Source of the DNA: Octopus vulgaris
Taxonomy: Eukaryota
Length of the DNA stretch: 64,000 nucleotides
Direction: 5' to 3'
NCBI GenBank assembly: GCA_951406725.2
Contig: OX597828.1
Location: 29,574,001-29,638,000 of the forward strand
Positions 14,204 through 27,140 of the stretch are shown here, piece after piece. Positions within the stretch are counted from its first letter, which is position 1. Each line of letters starts with the position of its first letter. A program made the position numbers and the translations under genes. The notes beneath the pieces are model-generated. The model did not search any database. It was not told the origin of the DNA and was given only the letters and a program-made list of their open reading frames with translations.

Positions 14204-14287
14204 TACGTACGTCTCTATATTTTCACAAACACACACACAAAAGGATACATATACATATATGAATATGTATATGAATATATAAATATA

Positions 14288-14327
<40 letters not shown>

Positions 14328-14344
14328 TTAGAGAATTATTATTG

Positions 14345-14384
<40 letters not shown>

Positions 14385-14391
14385 AATATGT

Positions 14392-14456
<65 letters not shown>

Positions 14457-14500
14457 CATCTATATTTATATATTCATATACGTATTCATATATGTATGTG
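14063..14500. repeat. Tandem duplication of a ~135-bp unit plus an inverted partial copy
   Basis: GCATACGTACGTCTCTATATTTTCAC...AAAGGATACAT...AATATAGATGTAT at ~14063 and ~14198; reverse complement of its 3' half at ~14450-14500. Confidence 0.8.
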
Positions 14501-14639
14501 TGTGTATATGTATCCACTTATGCATACTTTAGACAACTGTTTTGAACCCTTCGGCTGCTATAACCAGATTTTGATTTCACATTTATATCGATAATAATTG
14601 GTGCGTTTGGTGCTTTTTTTTTTTAGTTAATGCTTAATT

Positions 14640-15050
14640 GAGGACCTGGATAAGAGGGGGGATATCAAGCAGCTACGGGACACATTACAAGTACAAGCTA
14701 TAAGCGGAACGGTCGAGGTATGCAAGACTGTACTCAAATTAATAATCTGACATTGATTTTGTCATCTCCCTCGTTGCGATAGATTTTTGTATTTTTTTTA
14801 TTAGAAACCGGCCCTTGCCTCACAAGAAGATTTCAAATAATTAAAAATAGAAGGCGACATGCATGCATACACTCAGCGGAACATTAAAGCTATGCAAGAC
14901 TTTTCTCAGATTTAAAATGTGACATTATTGTCGTTATTTATGTTCTTTGAATGGTGATACAAAGATGGAGCTTTGTATCTTTGTTAGAAACCAGTTCCTT
15001 CATCAGAGGAACAATTTAAATGATCAAAAACAGAACGGAACATACACACA
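14640..15050 (+). mobile_element. Two tandem 3' ends of the (ATAC)n-associated RLE LINE family
   Basis: LQVQAISGTVEVCKTVLKLII* and LSGTLKLCKTFLRFKM*, each followed by a 3'UTR (TTAGAAACC.G..CCTT.CTCA...AAAA.AGAA.G.ACAT) homologous to 9870-9975. Confidence 0.75.
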
Positions 15051-15513
15051 TACACACATACACACATGGTGGAAATCATCTTGTGACCGAGTGAGATAAC
15101 TTCCTAAACACTCAGTTTTGCTTCGGCTTACGAAGTGTCAATTTGTTATGGGTCAGCACGGAACCCACTGATCGACTCAATCAACTCTAAAAATCAGTGG
15201 CACAACAGAGGTTGAGACGAACAGAAGTAAACTGCACTTTGGGTTTTATGCGAGGTTACCTCCTTCAAGAAGAAAGATCTAATGTGAACTAGGGGATGTT
15301 GGACTCCTAGTGATTCTGGGTCAGAGTAGACCTGGAAACAGTAATAGCTAAGAAGGGATTCCAAGCTTCCCAAGACCTTGGAATTACGATAACAGGGGCC
15401 CATTATTGGATGCATTTGAAAGCCATGCCCTGAACAACAAAAATACTTACATACATGCATACATACATACATACATACATACATACATACATACATACAT
15501 ACATACATACATA

Positions 15514-15680
15514 GGCACAGGCGTGGTTGTGTGGCAAGAAGCTTGCTCCCAAGCCACATGGTTCCGGGTTCAGTCCCACTGCGTGGCACTTTGGGCAAGT
15601 GCCTTCTGCCATAGTATCAGGCCTGACCAAATCCTTGTGAGTGGATTTGGCAGACGGAAACTGAAAAGAAGCTCGTCGTA
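15514..15680 (+). mobile_element. SINE-A 5' half
   Basis: GGCACAGGCGTGGTTGTGTGG...GGTTCAGTCCCACTGCGTGGCAC. Confidence 0.85.
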
Positions 15681-15691
15681 TATAAATACAT

Positions 15692-15749
<58 letters not shown>

Positions 15750-15769
15750 GTGTGTGTGCGTTAAATAAA

Positions 15770-16480
15770 ATGACATAACAAAACCAAGGGTTTGTGAAAT
15801 TTATAGGGAATTTGGGAAGAGAAACTTAGTCTTACAGCTCTTTCTTGGATAGTAGTGATATCCTTTCACCAAAGACGATATGAAAGAGTTAACTAGAAAG
15901 AAATATTAAATTCAATATAAGAAATTACTTTGGAAAGGATGGATATAGGAAGTATAAAAGGAAATAAGAGAATAAAAGTAAAAATAAAAGTGAAAGTAAA
16001 AATATATGCTACAGTTGAAGTTCCATTATCCAAGGAAAGCGCTGTGTAGAATGGGTAGAAATGCTTCTTATCCATGGTATTTAGATTCCGATAGGAGTTC
16101 ATATTTTCTTATTACAAATGGATAGTGCTGTTCATTCAAAGGGGTCTTGTGGTGTGAATGAAATTTAGAGTGTGTACTGGTAGGGGTAAGTAGATAGAGA
16201 CAAGAGAATAGTTATGTATGTTAGAAAGAGGATCGTATTAGTCAAAAGGTATAGGGGAGGAAAGAAGAAAGAGGAAGAGAAAATGAAAAAAGAAGTGCCA
16301 GATGGTGAAGGGGATTGGAAGGGAGAGCTATCAGGTTAAAAGGAATAGGGGAGGGATAGAAGGAAGCGATAAGTATGTAAGGGAGGAATCTGTATGAAAA
16401 ATGGGAGGTGTGGTGATATGTATAAAAGGCGCTAAGATGTGAGATAGTACGAGGATGTACTAAAGTGAATAGTTTTGCTT
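15770..16480 (-). mobile_element. Probable Penelope-type 3' remnant with decayed hammerhead (15829-15876)
   Basis: Minus strand GTCT-TTGGTGA..GGATA..TATCC..GAAAGAGCTGTA-AGAC, like the 5336 motif; pyrimidine-rich upstream on the minus strand. Confidence 0.4.
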
Positions 16481-16979
16481 GAGAGCCCAATGCATCGCAT
16501 CACCCTGTACAGGAATCGAAACAACAAACTTACGATCATGATTGTGACAGCCTTAACCACAAAGCCATGCAGCTGCACGCAAGTATATATGTTACAAAAT
16601 ATTTCGAACGCTGTAACATTTGTGCGTGTGCTTATGTATGTATGCATGTATATGCGTCTCTATGCTTATGTATACGTGTGGGTCTTTATATGTGTGTATT
16701 TACGTGTATATACGTATGTACGGAAGGCGAGCCTGTGTGATACGTAATTTAATTCCTAACCATATGGTTCCTGGTTCAGTCCCACTGCGTCGCAATTTGG
16801 GCATGTGTTTTCTTCTAATAGCTCTGGGCCGATAAACGACGTCTTGTCAGTGGATTTGCTTGGCAACGGAAACTAAAAGAAGCATGTCGTGTATATGTAT
16901 ATATATGTAGAGAGAGAGAGAGAGAGAGAGAGGGAGGGAGAGAGGGGAAAGAAAGAGAGAAAGAGAGAGAAAGTGTGTG

Positions 16980-17111
<132 letters not shown>

Positions 17112-18128
17112 CATATGTGTGTGTGTGTAGTTTTATGTTTATGATTGCGTGTGTGCAGCTTAAGTAGTTCCTTCATTATTATACACGAAGGTATTGTTGC
17201 TGCCGCCTAACTTCATCTTCGGGTTTTCTCCTTATTTCTCTGCTACCATCAAATGCCTTTATGAAAATTCGATTTACGCACTGGAATCGAATGCGTCCAC
17301 TCATGTTGTATGCTTTTAATGACTATTTCTAAATCAAGAAAAATTACTAAGCGTTTCGTCTATCGTGACGAACTAATCAACAGTTATTTCCCTTCGAACA
17401 AAAGCAAGAGATTAGATAATGAAGTTTTTAAAATACGTTTTTTTTTTCCGTGCGAAGAATATATATTATTTCTAAGTATAGGTGAGTGTGTTACAGTTTT
17501 CTAAATTAGCATCGTGTTTTTGAAGTTTACAACCCTTGATTAGTTCTCATTAAGCATATCTCTGTTCTACCTGGCATCATTCTCTCTTGTCTTTTAGGCA
17601 TTGTACACCTGGGACTACGTTATGCCTTATACTTTTATCAAGACTTTGTAATTTTGGGGAGAATTGGCTATGAATTTTAGCAGGTGCAGGGAACACATAG
17701 AGAGACATCCGTCGGTTCATAGAGCTGTAAATATGTTATTAAGTGTCAAGTTCTAAATTTTTAGGCTTATGATATCCTGTGTAATTGTATATTTTTTTAA
17801 ACCCGAAATTATTTTACATCTATAATAATTATGATGATGATCATCATCAACATCAGCAGCTGTAGCAGCAGCAGTGGCTGCAGCAGCAGTGGCTGCAGCA
17901 GCAGCAATAGCCGTCCAAGAATTTGGATCTGGAGATCTCCATTTCCAGCGTCTTCGGGGGCCACCTCCCAGTGGTGTCGGGCGTCAACGAAGAGCCCTCG
18001 ACTACAACAAGACGACCAAAGTTTTTTTTTCCAAGGTCTGGGATATCCCGCCCCTAAGCCCTAGACCGTCACCTAATCACCCTTACCCGTCTTGTTGCTT
18101 AACAACAACAACAACGGCAGCAGCAGCA

Positions 18129-18500
18129 GTGGAGGCGCAATGGCGCAGTGGGTAGGGCAGCGGAGGATCGCGGTTTCGATTCCCAGACCGGGCGTTGTGT
18201 GTGTTTATTGAGCGAAAACACCTAAAGCTCCACGATGCTCCGGCAGGGGGTGGTGGCGACCCCTGTTGTACTCTTTCGCCCCAACTTTCTGTCACTCTTT
18301 CTTCCTGTTTCTTGTCCCCGACTTTCTACGCAACCGCTGAGCCTGGATGCGCATTCATCCATCCGTCGATGCTCTCGGTGTCGGGGGTTGACCTGCTTTC
18401 TCTTCTGCGGGTCTTAACAATAGCAAAGGACCACGTTTCGGACTTTTCCCATCTTGCGAGCTCTAGGACAAATACCGTTCGCTCAACAGCAACAACAACA
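18129..18500 (+). mobile_element. SINE-C (tRNA-derived), tail type 1, within (CAG/CAA)n
   Basis: GGCGCAATGGCGCAGTGG...GGTTTCGATTCCC head; body GAGCGAAAACACCTAAAGCTCCAC shared with 21160 and 57430. Confidence 0.8.
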
Positions 18501-19831
18501 GCAGCAGCAGCAATCCCTAGTCATTGCTGTCTAGAGTCATAGGGCTCATTAGCCCGTTTACTCAGTTTCCATGGCGTAGAAGTGACTGACACCTCAACAT
18601 TCCCTCTGACCGACACACTAGTCCTTCGCACGGTTACAGATCTATATGAATGGAGTGGGGCTACGTGGTCTATCCGGGGTCTATAAAATAAAAGCCACTC
18701 AGGTACTACGATAATACAATCGACTGTTTTCTAACTTCAAATTTTCAGCTGGTGTCCATGCAAGAGGCCTATATGCTAAAAACCGACCAGATAAAATTTG
18801 CTAACTCATCACTGCTTCCATATATTAGAGTATATCCTTGTTTTGACTAAATGGAATATGTGGCGATAAATGTGTAGAGGAGTGGAAATGAGTTTTGTGA
18901 GACATTTAGATTGGCAAAAGATCACTAAAGGTAGCAACAAGTGGGCGGTAGATCAACAAAGAATTTTTAAAATCTTTAATAAAACTCCATTATGGATAGG
19001 ATAAACTTAAATTCTGTAATAAAGCAAAATAGTCAATACCACTTACTCAACGTACGTGTTTTGTTTAAACACCAGATGCTGCGGTTTTGCGACCACGAAG
19101 ATCTCTTTTAAAGACGTATAGTGTTTAAAAAGACAATACTTCAGAACTAGGTGAAACAAAATCGCTCCACAAGTGAAAGTAGTAGATACTGCATTTCACT
19201 GTAGTTGCAATTTATCAATACGGCGTCCTCGAGTCATTTCCGAAACGAAGTCGAAATCGCTAGACTAAGATATACAGTTAGTATATAAACTATTTGCTGA
19301 TTTACAGTGGCAGTGCATAAGTAGAATATATTTCATTTCAGATAGTTGGTTGGGTTATTGAAGGGAGATTTTAGTTACTATTTCTATTTGGTCGAAGAAC
19401 TATTTGGAAGTACGTTTGTTGCCACATAATATTAGTCACTGACATAATTAATCGGAATTGCGAACTGTTTAGAACTTTAATCGATTCAGCCAAATGAAGG
19501 CGGTTGTAAAATTGGTTCACCCTGATTAATGGAACAATTCATTGCTGAAGCATGAAGATCAACACACTTATTTCATTATTCATTCATTATTCATTGACTA
19601 CTTACATTTTATGAATTGTAGCCATGCTGTAGTAAATAAGTATTGGTACTTTCTTTCTTACTTCTGTCGGACTACAAACGTAATATCGATTAGCCATAAG
19701 AAGAGTCAACCAAAACGGAACTTAATAACGCGAGTATTTTATTTTTTAAATACAATGATTTTGCCATACGTGCCACGAGCTTGTGTGTATCTCCGTGTGT
19801 GTGCTTGGTGCGTAAGGGGTGGGGGAGATAT

Positions 19832-19883
<52 letters not shown>

Positions 19884-19916
19884 AGCCTTGACTCACGTGG
19901 TGACGGTAATAAGTTA

Positions 19917-20147
19917 AGGCGACGAGCTGGCAGAAACGTTAGCACGCCGGGCGAATTGCGTAGCCGTATTTCGTCTGCCGTTACGTTCTGAGTTCAAATT
20001 CTGCCGAGGTCGACTTTGCCTTTTATCCTTTCGGATTCGATAAATTAAGTACCAGTTACGCACTGAGGTTGATGTAATCGACTTAATCCGTGTGTCTGTC
20101 CTTGCTTGTCCCCTCTGTGTTTAGCCCCTTGTGGGTAGTAAAGAAAT
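19917..20147 (+). mobile_element. SINE-B
   Basis: Full-length copy, GGCGACGAGCTGGCAGAA to AAAGAAAT. Confidence 0.92.
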
Positions 20148-20398
20148 AGGTAATAATTTAGCTCATCCAGGCAGCCTCGATTCGATTGTTTGTCCCCACT
20201 GCACCACGTGATAACAAAAGTCGGTATGTTTCCTTCCTCGTTGCTTAGTGATTCGACAAAAAGACACCGATAAAATGCACACACGCACACACACACGGAC
20301 ACCCACACACACACACGGAGTAATGCAATGGTACATACATACACATACATGCGCACGCACATACACACACACGCACACACACATACACACACATATAT

Positions 20399-20536
20399 AC
20401 TCTTTTAGTTGTTTTAGTCATTTGACTGTGCCCATGCTGGAGCACCACCTTTAGTCGAGCAAATCGACCCCAGTACTGAACCCGGAACCATGTGATTGGT
20501 AAGCAAGCTACTTACCAGACAGCCACTCCTGCGCCT
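20399..20536 (-). mobile_element. SINE-A with a large internal deletion
   Basis: Tail joined directly to head at GACCCCAGTACTGAACCC. Confidence 0.85.
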
Positions 20537-21072
20537 ATATATACAAATACACATGGAGAACTACAATGGTAGACAACATCAGGATAAAATCCAAGCCATG
20601 CAATTTGTTATAGAAACACAAAATTTCGATAATTAGATTTGAAAAGATTGTCTTTTAGTTTGTCCTGAAAGAGTTCCATGATGTAATTTTAAGAGGTCCT
20701 CTGCAACGAAAGAATCAAATAGGAATAGAAATGTCTATAGAAGGAATTTTTTCTTTAAGTGTTATAATTTCTGAAATAGAAATAAATTATATCAATTTTC
20801 AGTTATTGAAAAATTTATTAGAATTTTTTTTCTATATAATTTTTTTTATTGCTTTTGTATTGTAATATCTTATCGGTTTACTTTTCAGCCGTCATCATCT
20901 TACACTATTATGAGATTTCGCCTGGCGAATTTCACTATGCTGGATGAAAATCCAAATACTATAAATCGTAGGAATGTCTCCAACTTACCGCTCAGCTAAC
21001 GCTTAGAAATATAAACGTATTGCGAATATATTCAGGAAAAGTTTGTGTGTATGTATGTGCATGTGTATCCAA

Positions 21073-21111
<39 letters not shown>

Positions 21112-21159
21112 TATCACCGTTTAATCGGACATAATTCTTTAAACGTGCCTTACAACCCT

Positions 21160-21466
21160 GTGAAGGCACATGGCCTAGTGGTTAGAGCAGCAGACTTGCA
21201 GTCGAGGGATCGCGGGTTCGAATCTCAGACCAGGCGATGTGTGTGTTTATGAGCGAAACACCTAAGCTCCACGCGGCTCCGGCAGAAGGTAATGGCGAAC
21301 TTCTGATAACCCTTTCGCCACAACTTTCTCTCACTCTTTCCTCCTGCATCTTGTAGCTCACTTGCGACGGACCAGCGTTCCGTCCAGGTGTGGAACCTAT
21401 ACGCCAAGGAAACCGAGAAACCGGCCCTTATGAAACAGGCGAGACTCGACAAAGAACAAACAACAA
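21160..21466 (+). mobile_element. SINE-C, tail type 2, with perfect 12-bp TSD
   Basis: tRNA head TGGCCTAGTGG / GGTTCGAATC; (AAC)n tail; TSD CCTTACAACCCT at 21148-21159 and 21467-21478. Confidence 0.93.
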
Positions 21467-22639
21467 CCTTACAACCCTACATCACTCTTTAATCTTGCCT
21501 TGTCCTTCTCTATGCAGTTATCACCTCTCCTCTGCTATTTTTGCATTGCAGAATCGCTCTCACTTTCTATCGTCTGTTCCTCTTCTATACTGAACTCGTT
21601 TAACCCTCCCTCTTTCTTTTCCTCCATTGCGCTCACTCTAATAATTTCTCATTTCTCTCTTTCTCTCTCTCTCTCTCATAATTTCCCTTTCTTCTTTATC
21701 GGACTCTCTTATCCTTTTACTAATCCCTTTTCATTGTACCTCTACCTCTTTGTTCTATGCTCCCGCTTTTCTTCATCACTCACACAATTATTCTTCCATA
21801 TTTTCTCTTTCTGTTATCACTCTCTTTCATTGATTTATTTTTCTCTATCTCGGTCACTTTATTACAACCTTCAGTTCCCCTCACCCGACCTTCTGTCTCG
21901 CTTCCTTTTTTGTTTTCCTTTTCTCTCTCACCCAGTCTCTCCTTCCTATATTTTTTTTTTACTTTCGGTTATCTTTCAGCAATCTTTTTGCTTACACAGT
22001 CATATTTTGCCACCCGAATTCATCTGACAATAATCACATTTGAAAAAAAGAATATTTTGCATTTTTCTTTCACTCTGGAATTTAATTTCTATTTAAAATC
22101 ACATTTTCTGAAATTCTCTTTAACTTAAAATTACGTTTTTAATTCATGTAATTCATTTAGTTGCAACTGGCACCGATTAAAATTAGACTTGCCGTTTAAA
22201 TGTCTTAAAATCAGTAGCTACTTCATTTTCTGTAGCAGACGCGTCGTATCAGCATGATTTGTATCAGAGCTAAGAAACTCAGCATTTGTTGATGTAAAAA
22301 CGAAATTATGGTCAAGGCCAAATGCACTTTTCCCTTTAAAAAGGGATTTGAAACGAATGATGCTTTCATCCATAATGCAATATCAAAAATGTTTTACACA
22401 CAGAATGTCCTCTTCGCCTAAAGTCAAGCGTGTTTTTTAAGGAAGAAGAAACATTGAACAACGGTAACATATTTGGCGAGCTAATACTACTAAGAATCTA
22501 ATTTGCAGAACAGTTGATATTTAAGGAGAATTTGATAATTACTGAGAATAAGATATTTCTGGACAGGCTGGAACTAGAGAACTAGAGACACTGGATGAAT
22601 TACAGACTTGACTTTCAAAGTATGCTGTCAGATTGACTG

Positions 22640-25600
22640 TAGATAGGTGATATGAATGCACATCTGCGCTACAACAGACAAAAATGTTAAAGCGCAAGGC
22701 AAGGCACTGGTCGGTATCAGCGACACACGAAAGAGCTTTGTATAGTGGTACCTTAATCGATGATCCCAGATATGGCTGATTCTAAAAACCGTTTTATTTA
22801 GATCTAAGATTCTTAAAGCTACTATTTACCCAGGAAATTCTGGAGAAATGTCTTTGGTGTCGGCGTTGTCAGAAGAGGACCCATGACAATTTTGAAAGTT
22901 CAAGGGCGAAACATCGTTGCTTCGCAAAGGTAGACTATTGGTTTCTGTACTTTTTCTTTGTTGGGCATACTTCTTAAGTTATGGTTAATTCAAAGAACAG
23001 TTTTGCCAGGAGTTCCAAGTGTGATTCGGATTTTGTACCTATCTCAGCGTTTTAACTTCATACTGATGATATAGAAGACGTCTGGAGAGATTGAGCGTTG
23101 TTTATTCATCTGAGTATCATCATCATCATCAATGTTCGACCGTGGTCGAGACAATGGAATTTACCATGCTACGCAAGACTTCACGGTCCATCATAACATT
23201 ACGGAGGTCCTGTTTCTGGATGCCTGTATCCCTGGAGATTACATCAGGGTAGGAGAGTGTGCACCCTCTGGTGTTGCGAGTAGATTCTACTATATGGTTC
23301 AGAAACCTAGACGTTATCAAAGAAGCTTGAGAGGCGGTTGGAGGGAACCTACACTCGCCTCCTTATGAGAGGTCAAAATCTCTCGTGGAAGCGTCATCCA
23401 ACCAAAATGCAAATATATGGGAAACTACCACCTGTGTCATCTCTTGTGAATGGTAGGAGAGTCCAGTTTGCTGGACATTGTTGTAGAGCTGAAAACGAGG
23501 CAATTTCTACTCTTCTCCTGTGGAAGCCATCTAAGTATAGTGACATTGCTGTCATTCTGAATGGAAAGCTATTTAGAAAAAAGGTACATTATTCAGAGAC
23601 AACACAGTCTAAAATATAAAAGAGTCATATAAACCTATCACATGAAGCAATATTATCTCCGCTACATCAATGGAAAAGTTGGTTATCATTTTGCAATATC
23701 CCAGTCCAAATACTGTTCTTCAAAATCCATTTCAATCATTGTCGTGTATGCCTTTCACTTCATGGGTCGATGAAATTTATCCAACCGCCTGCATCGAAGT
23801 CCAGCATTAGTCCATCAATTTTGTAAATGCAGTCTAATACATCTAAAAGAAAAGATGAGAGTAGACTTTTACATGTATCTATGAAATGCAGTTAATAATG
23901 ATTACTTACGGAGGAATGCTTAATCAGCTCTGTATTCTTCTTTCAAATTTAACGAGTAGTTCTCGATGAATGCATGAAGGAACACACGATAGAATGAAAC
24001 ATGCCTTCATTACTCCAGTTTGCAGCCGTAAATGGAAAGTAATTTAAGAAGAGATCATTTTTGATCAATCAATTAACGAGCAGGATCTTACGTCCAAGGT
24101 TTTCACTTAAAACTGAGTAAGAGGGTGAATTTGATTACTAAATGAAAATCATTTGAACCGGTCAGATGCCATATATGAATGGTCTGGAAACGGAGCTTTC
24201 TACATTTTGATTGAATCACTTCCAAAAGCTGGCAAGGACAAAGAACTCTTTAATATTGTTCAACTCCTGAAGGTCACCAAGGAATTCATTCGCCTTTAAT
24301 GGAAGACACCAAATGTCTCAAACTTTTCCCAAGACCATTTATCAAAGAAACTTAAACAGATGAAGATGACTACCCATATTACAGAGGAAGAGAACAGAGA
24401 ATGAAATCTTCCAAACCTTTGTTTGCCAGCTTGAAATTGGAAACAAATGGATAGTTCCACAACGTTCAATTTTGAGCAAAGGAGTTGATGCACACATCAT
24501 ATCGATTTTGGGTCCTGCAGTTTAATGAAACCCACTAGATTCGTCTGCAAATATATCGACAAGCGATCTGATATGATAAGGCACTTATAATGAATTTAGC
24601 CAATTCTTGCAGGACAATACATTAGCATTAACGAAGCTTTCTGACACATTTTACTTTTCCTCACCATGAAAAATACTTTAGCATTCAACAGCTTAATGTT
24701 CTCTTTGAAAACTTCTGTCAAGAGTATTTCCCTTCAGTAAATTCTGAACATAAAACACATGACCTAAGTAGCACAACACAGTTGTTTCAAGACGACCCGT
24801 TCTTATCCCTTTCGAAAGGTATTGATTTATCATGGATTCTGTCCTATTATACATGAATTCTATCCTATTACTCTTGTTTTTCAAATAACTGAAAGGAAGA
24901 AGGCAATATGTTTATGTTGAAGGTCAACACGATATTATTAGGTTTACCAATGCTATTAAAACAGTTTATATTCTACAACCCAATCATATCTTTATTAAAT
25001 GCAAGGTCCACATTAATTTTAATGTTTTCGTACAGTCCGCTGCACAGAACACGCCACTTACAGGTAACATTTACACCTGGCACGTTGGAGAATGATCTCC
25101 ACTTGGATGAGACGTTGTCAGAAATTTTGTGTCAATAGTTTCAAGCTACATTTTGAGGCGGTGCTAAATGATTTGAATCACACAATACAATGTAGCCTTC
25201 AGAGACAATGACAATAGGCTCAAAGACAAAGTAGCCAAGAATATAAAAATTGCATCTTCCTTCGACAATAATTGTAGACAATAATTGTTCAACGTAAAGT
25301 TTGAAAGACACGACATACAAAAGCGACACCATAATATTGTGTGTTAACAACAACGAACTCAAACTTCAAAGCAAGTGGTAGTTTATTCTGCCGTTTTTGA
25401 TAAGGTTCGGCAAAAAAGAAGCGGGAATGTTCATGATGTTAGGCATAAGATATTCCTAATGAAACAGTTGGTCGACAAAGTCGTCCCATATATAGACATA
25501 ATAATTGCAGTTACTCCATTAGATATTACCACCACAGTTTTTCCATTTGTGCAAGTCTGTGTGCGGTGGGTGAGTAGGAGCGTACAATAGATTTGTGTAA

Positions 25601-25850
25601 TTTATGCACGTCTTCGCAGGTTTTCCACGTGTCACCATATGACCGTCTGGGACGAATGTACTATTTCAAGCACCAAAGCAAGGACACCCTGGACCGTAAT
25701 AAGGGAATTAGGCGTTACATTACGTCACAAATTGTAGGAGTAGCGGTAGCATTGCCAGGTGTCCTTTCTCACACTGTGTCAGAGATACCCAAAGGAACAA
25801 AGGCTGATGGAATCTGTATTTCTTTAGAAATTTATCGCTTTGGACCATAA
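22640..25850 (+). pseudogene. Decayed autonomous Helitron RepHel gene (HUH Rep + PIF1 helicase)
   Basis: Collinear motifs across stops and frameshifts: KMRVDFYMYL*NAVNND; QLCILLSNLTSSSR*MHEGTHD; FPRPFIKET*TDEDDYPYYRGR; NKWIVP; FVCKYIDKRSD (Rep Y2 motif); GQYISINEA; LENDLHLDETL; KIFLMKQLVDKV..IIIAVTPLDITTTVFP (decayed Walker A region); VWDECT (Walker B); GVAVALPG..IPKGTKADGI. Confidence 0.88.
23118..23527 (-). mobile_element. RTE-like LINE 3' end with 5' inversion, inserted in the Helitron
   Basis: Minus part 23118-23285 encodes STRNTRG..LSYPDVISRDTG..MMDREV..VEH* followed by a (GAT)n tail. Plus part ~23284-23532 encodes LLYGSET*TLSK..GTYTRLL..QFAGHC..LLLWKPS. TSD CATCTGAGTAT/CATCTAAGTAT. Confidence 0.9.
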
Positions 25851-26139
25851 TTACATTCTTGCATTACTCCTGACCAGTTCCAACATTTAGATGCGGGTTT
25901 CTGTTTCCAAGTGTTACTTTATAAGAATGATTTATTTCCGAGGGTGGTTTACCTCTCGACAATCCGGTACCAACTCATGTTTTCAAATTATTTTAAGAAT
26001 TAAAATGTTTCAAGTGTAAAGAATAGCATATAATAAAAAAGAGTTTGAAATGGAATAATTCTATTTTTACTTTATCTAAATTCTGAGACCATATTTAATA
26101 GGCATCAAGTAGCAATATGACGTTAAATAATATAATATA

Positions 26140-26371
26140 TATTTCTTTACTACCCACAAGGGGCTAAACATAGAGGGGACAAACAAGGACAGACAAAGGG
26201 ATTAAGTCGATTATATCGACCCCAGTGCGAAACTGGTACTTTATTTATCGACCCCGAAAGGATGAAAGGAAAAGTCTACCTCGGCGGAATTTGAACTCAG
26301 AACGTAACGTCTGACGAAATACCGCTAAGCATTTCGCCCGGCGCGCTAACGTTTCTGCCAGCTCGCCGCCT
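26140..26371 (-). mobile_element. SINE-B
   Basis: Full-length copy flanked by (AATAT)n-like sequence. Confidence 0.92.
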
Positions 26372-26715
26372 AAATAATATAATATAATATAATATAATAT
26401 TGATATTTGGTACGTACTGTAGTAGGGACCTAATGTCACTTGTCTTCTAAAATCGAAGTGTAAATCAATTTAATTTCCTAAATGAATTATAGCATTTTAA
26501 GAGAAATCTGAGAGGGTCTAATTAAACTGGTCCTTCGTTCATTAAGAACAATTCTCGGTCAATCATGTTGGCTATCTTGCAGACAATGGAACGCCTAATC
26601 TTCTGGTGAAGGAAGTGAAACAGTTTGTGTCTTCCTTAAATAAACCTTAAATCCTCTAACATTTTCCAGATTGAGTAACAGGTTCTTTTTACACTACGCT
26701 GCTTCTCATAGTTAT

Positions 26716-26933
26716 ACTCTCTTTACTCTTTTACTCTTTTACTTGTTTCAGTCATTTGACTGCGGCCATGCTGGAGCACCGCCTTTAGTCGAGCAAATCA
26801 ACCCCGGGACTTATTCTTTGGAAGCCCAGTACTTATTCTATCGGTCTCTTTTGCCGAACCGCTAAGTGACGGGGACGTAAACACACCAGCATCGGTTGTC
26901 AAGCAATGCTAGGGGGACAAACACAGAACACAA

Positions 26934-26974
<41 letters not shown>

Positions 26975-27140
26975 TACGACAGGCTTCTTTCAGTTTCCGT
27001 CTACCAAATCCACTCACAAGGCTTCGGTCGGCCCGAGGCTATAGTAGAAGACACTTGCCCAAGGTGCCACGCAGTGGGACTGAACCCGGAACCATGTGGT
27101 TGGTAAGCAAGCTACTTACCACACAGCCACTCCTGCGCCT
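26716..27140 (-). mobile_element. SINE-A
   Basis: Full-length, near-consensus copy. Confidence 0.93.

Noticed and set aside
21165-21235. tRNA-like sequence with A and B boxes
   Set aside because: It is the head of a SINE bounded by a 12-bp TSD, with no proper acceptor stem or terminator.
21500-22128. Hydrophobic 175-aa and 123-aa ORFs
   Set aside because: Pyrimidine-rich low-complexity DNA producing F/S/L bias.
23843-23910. Apparent minus-strand intron (GTAAGT ... CTTTTCTTTTAG)
   Set aside because: The plus strand here encodes the Helitron KMRVD..NAVNND motif, and the flanks give no coherent minus-strand ORF.
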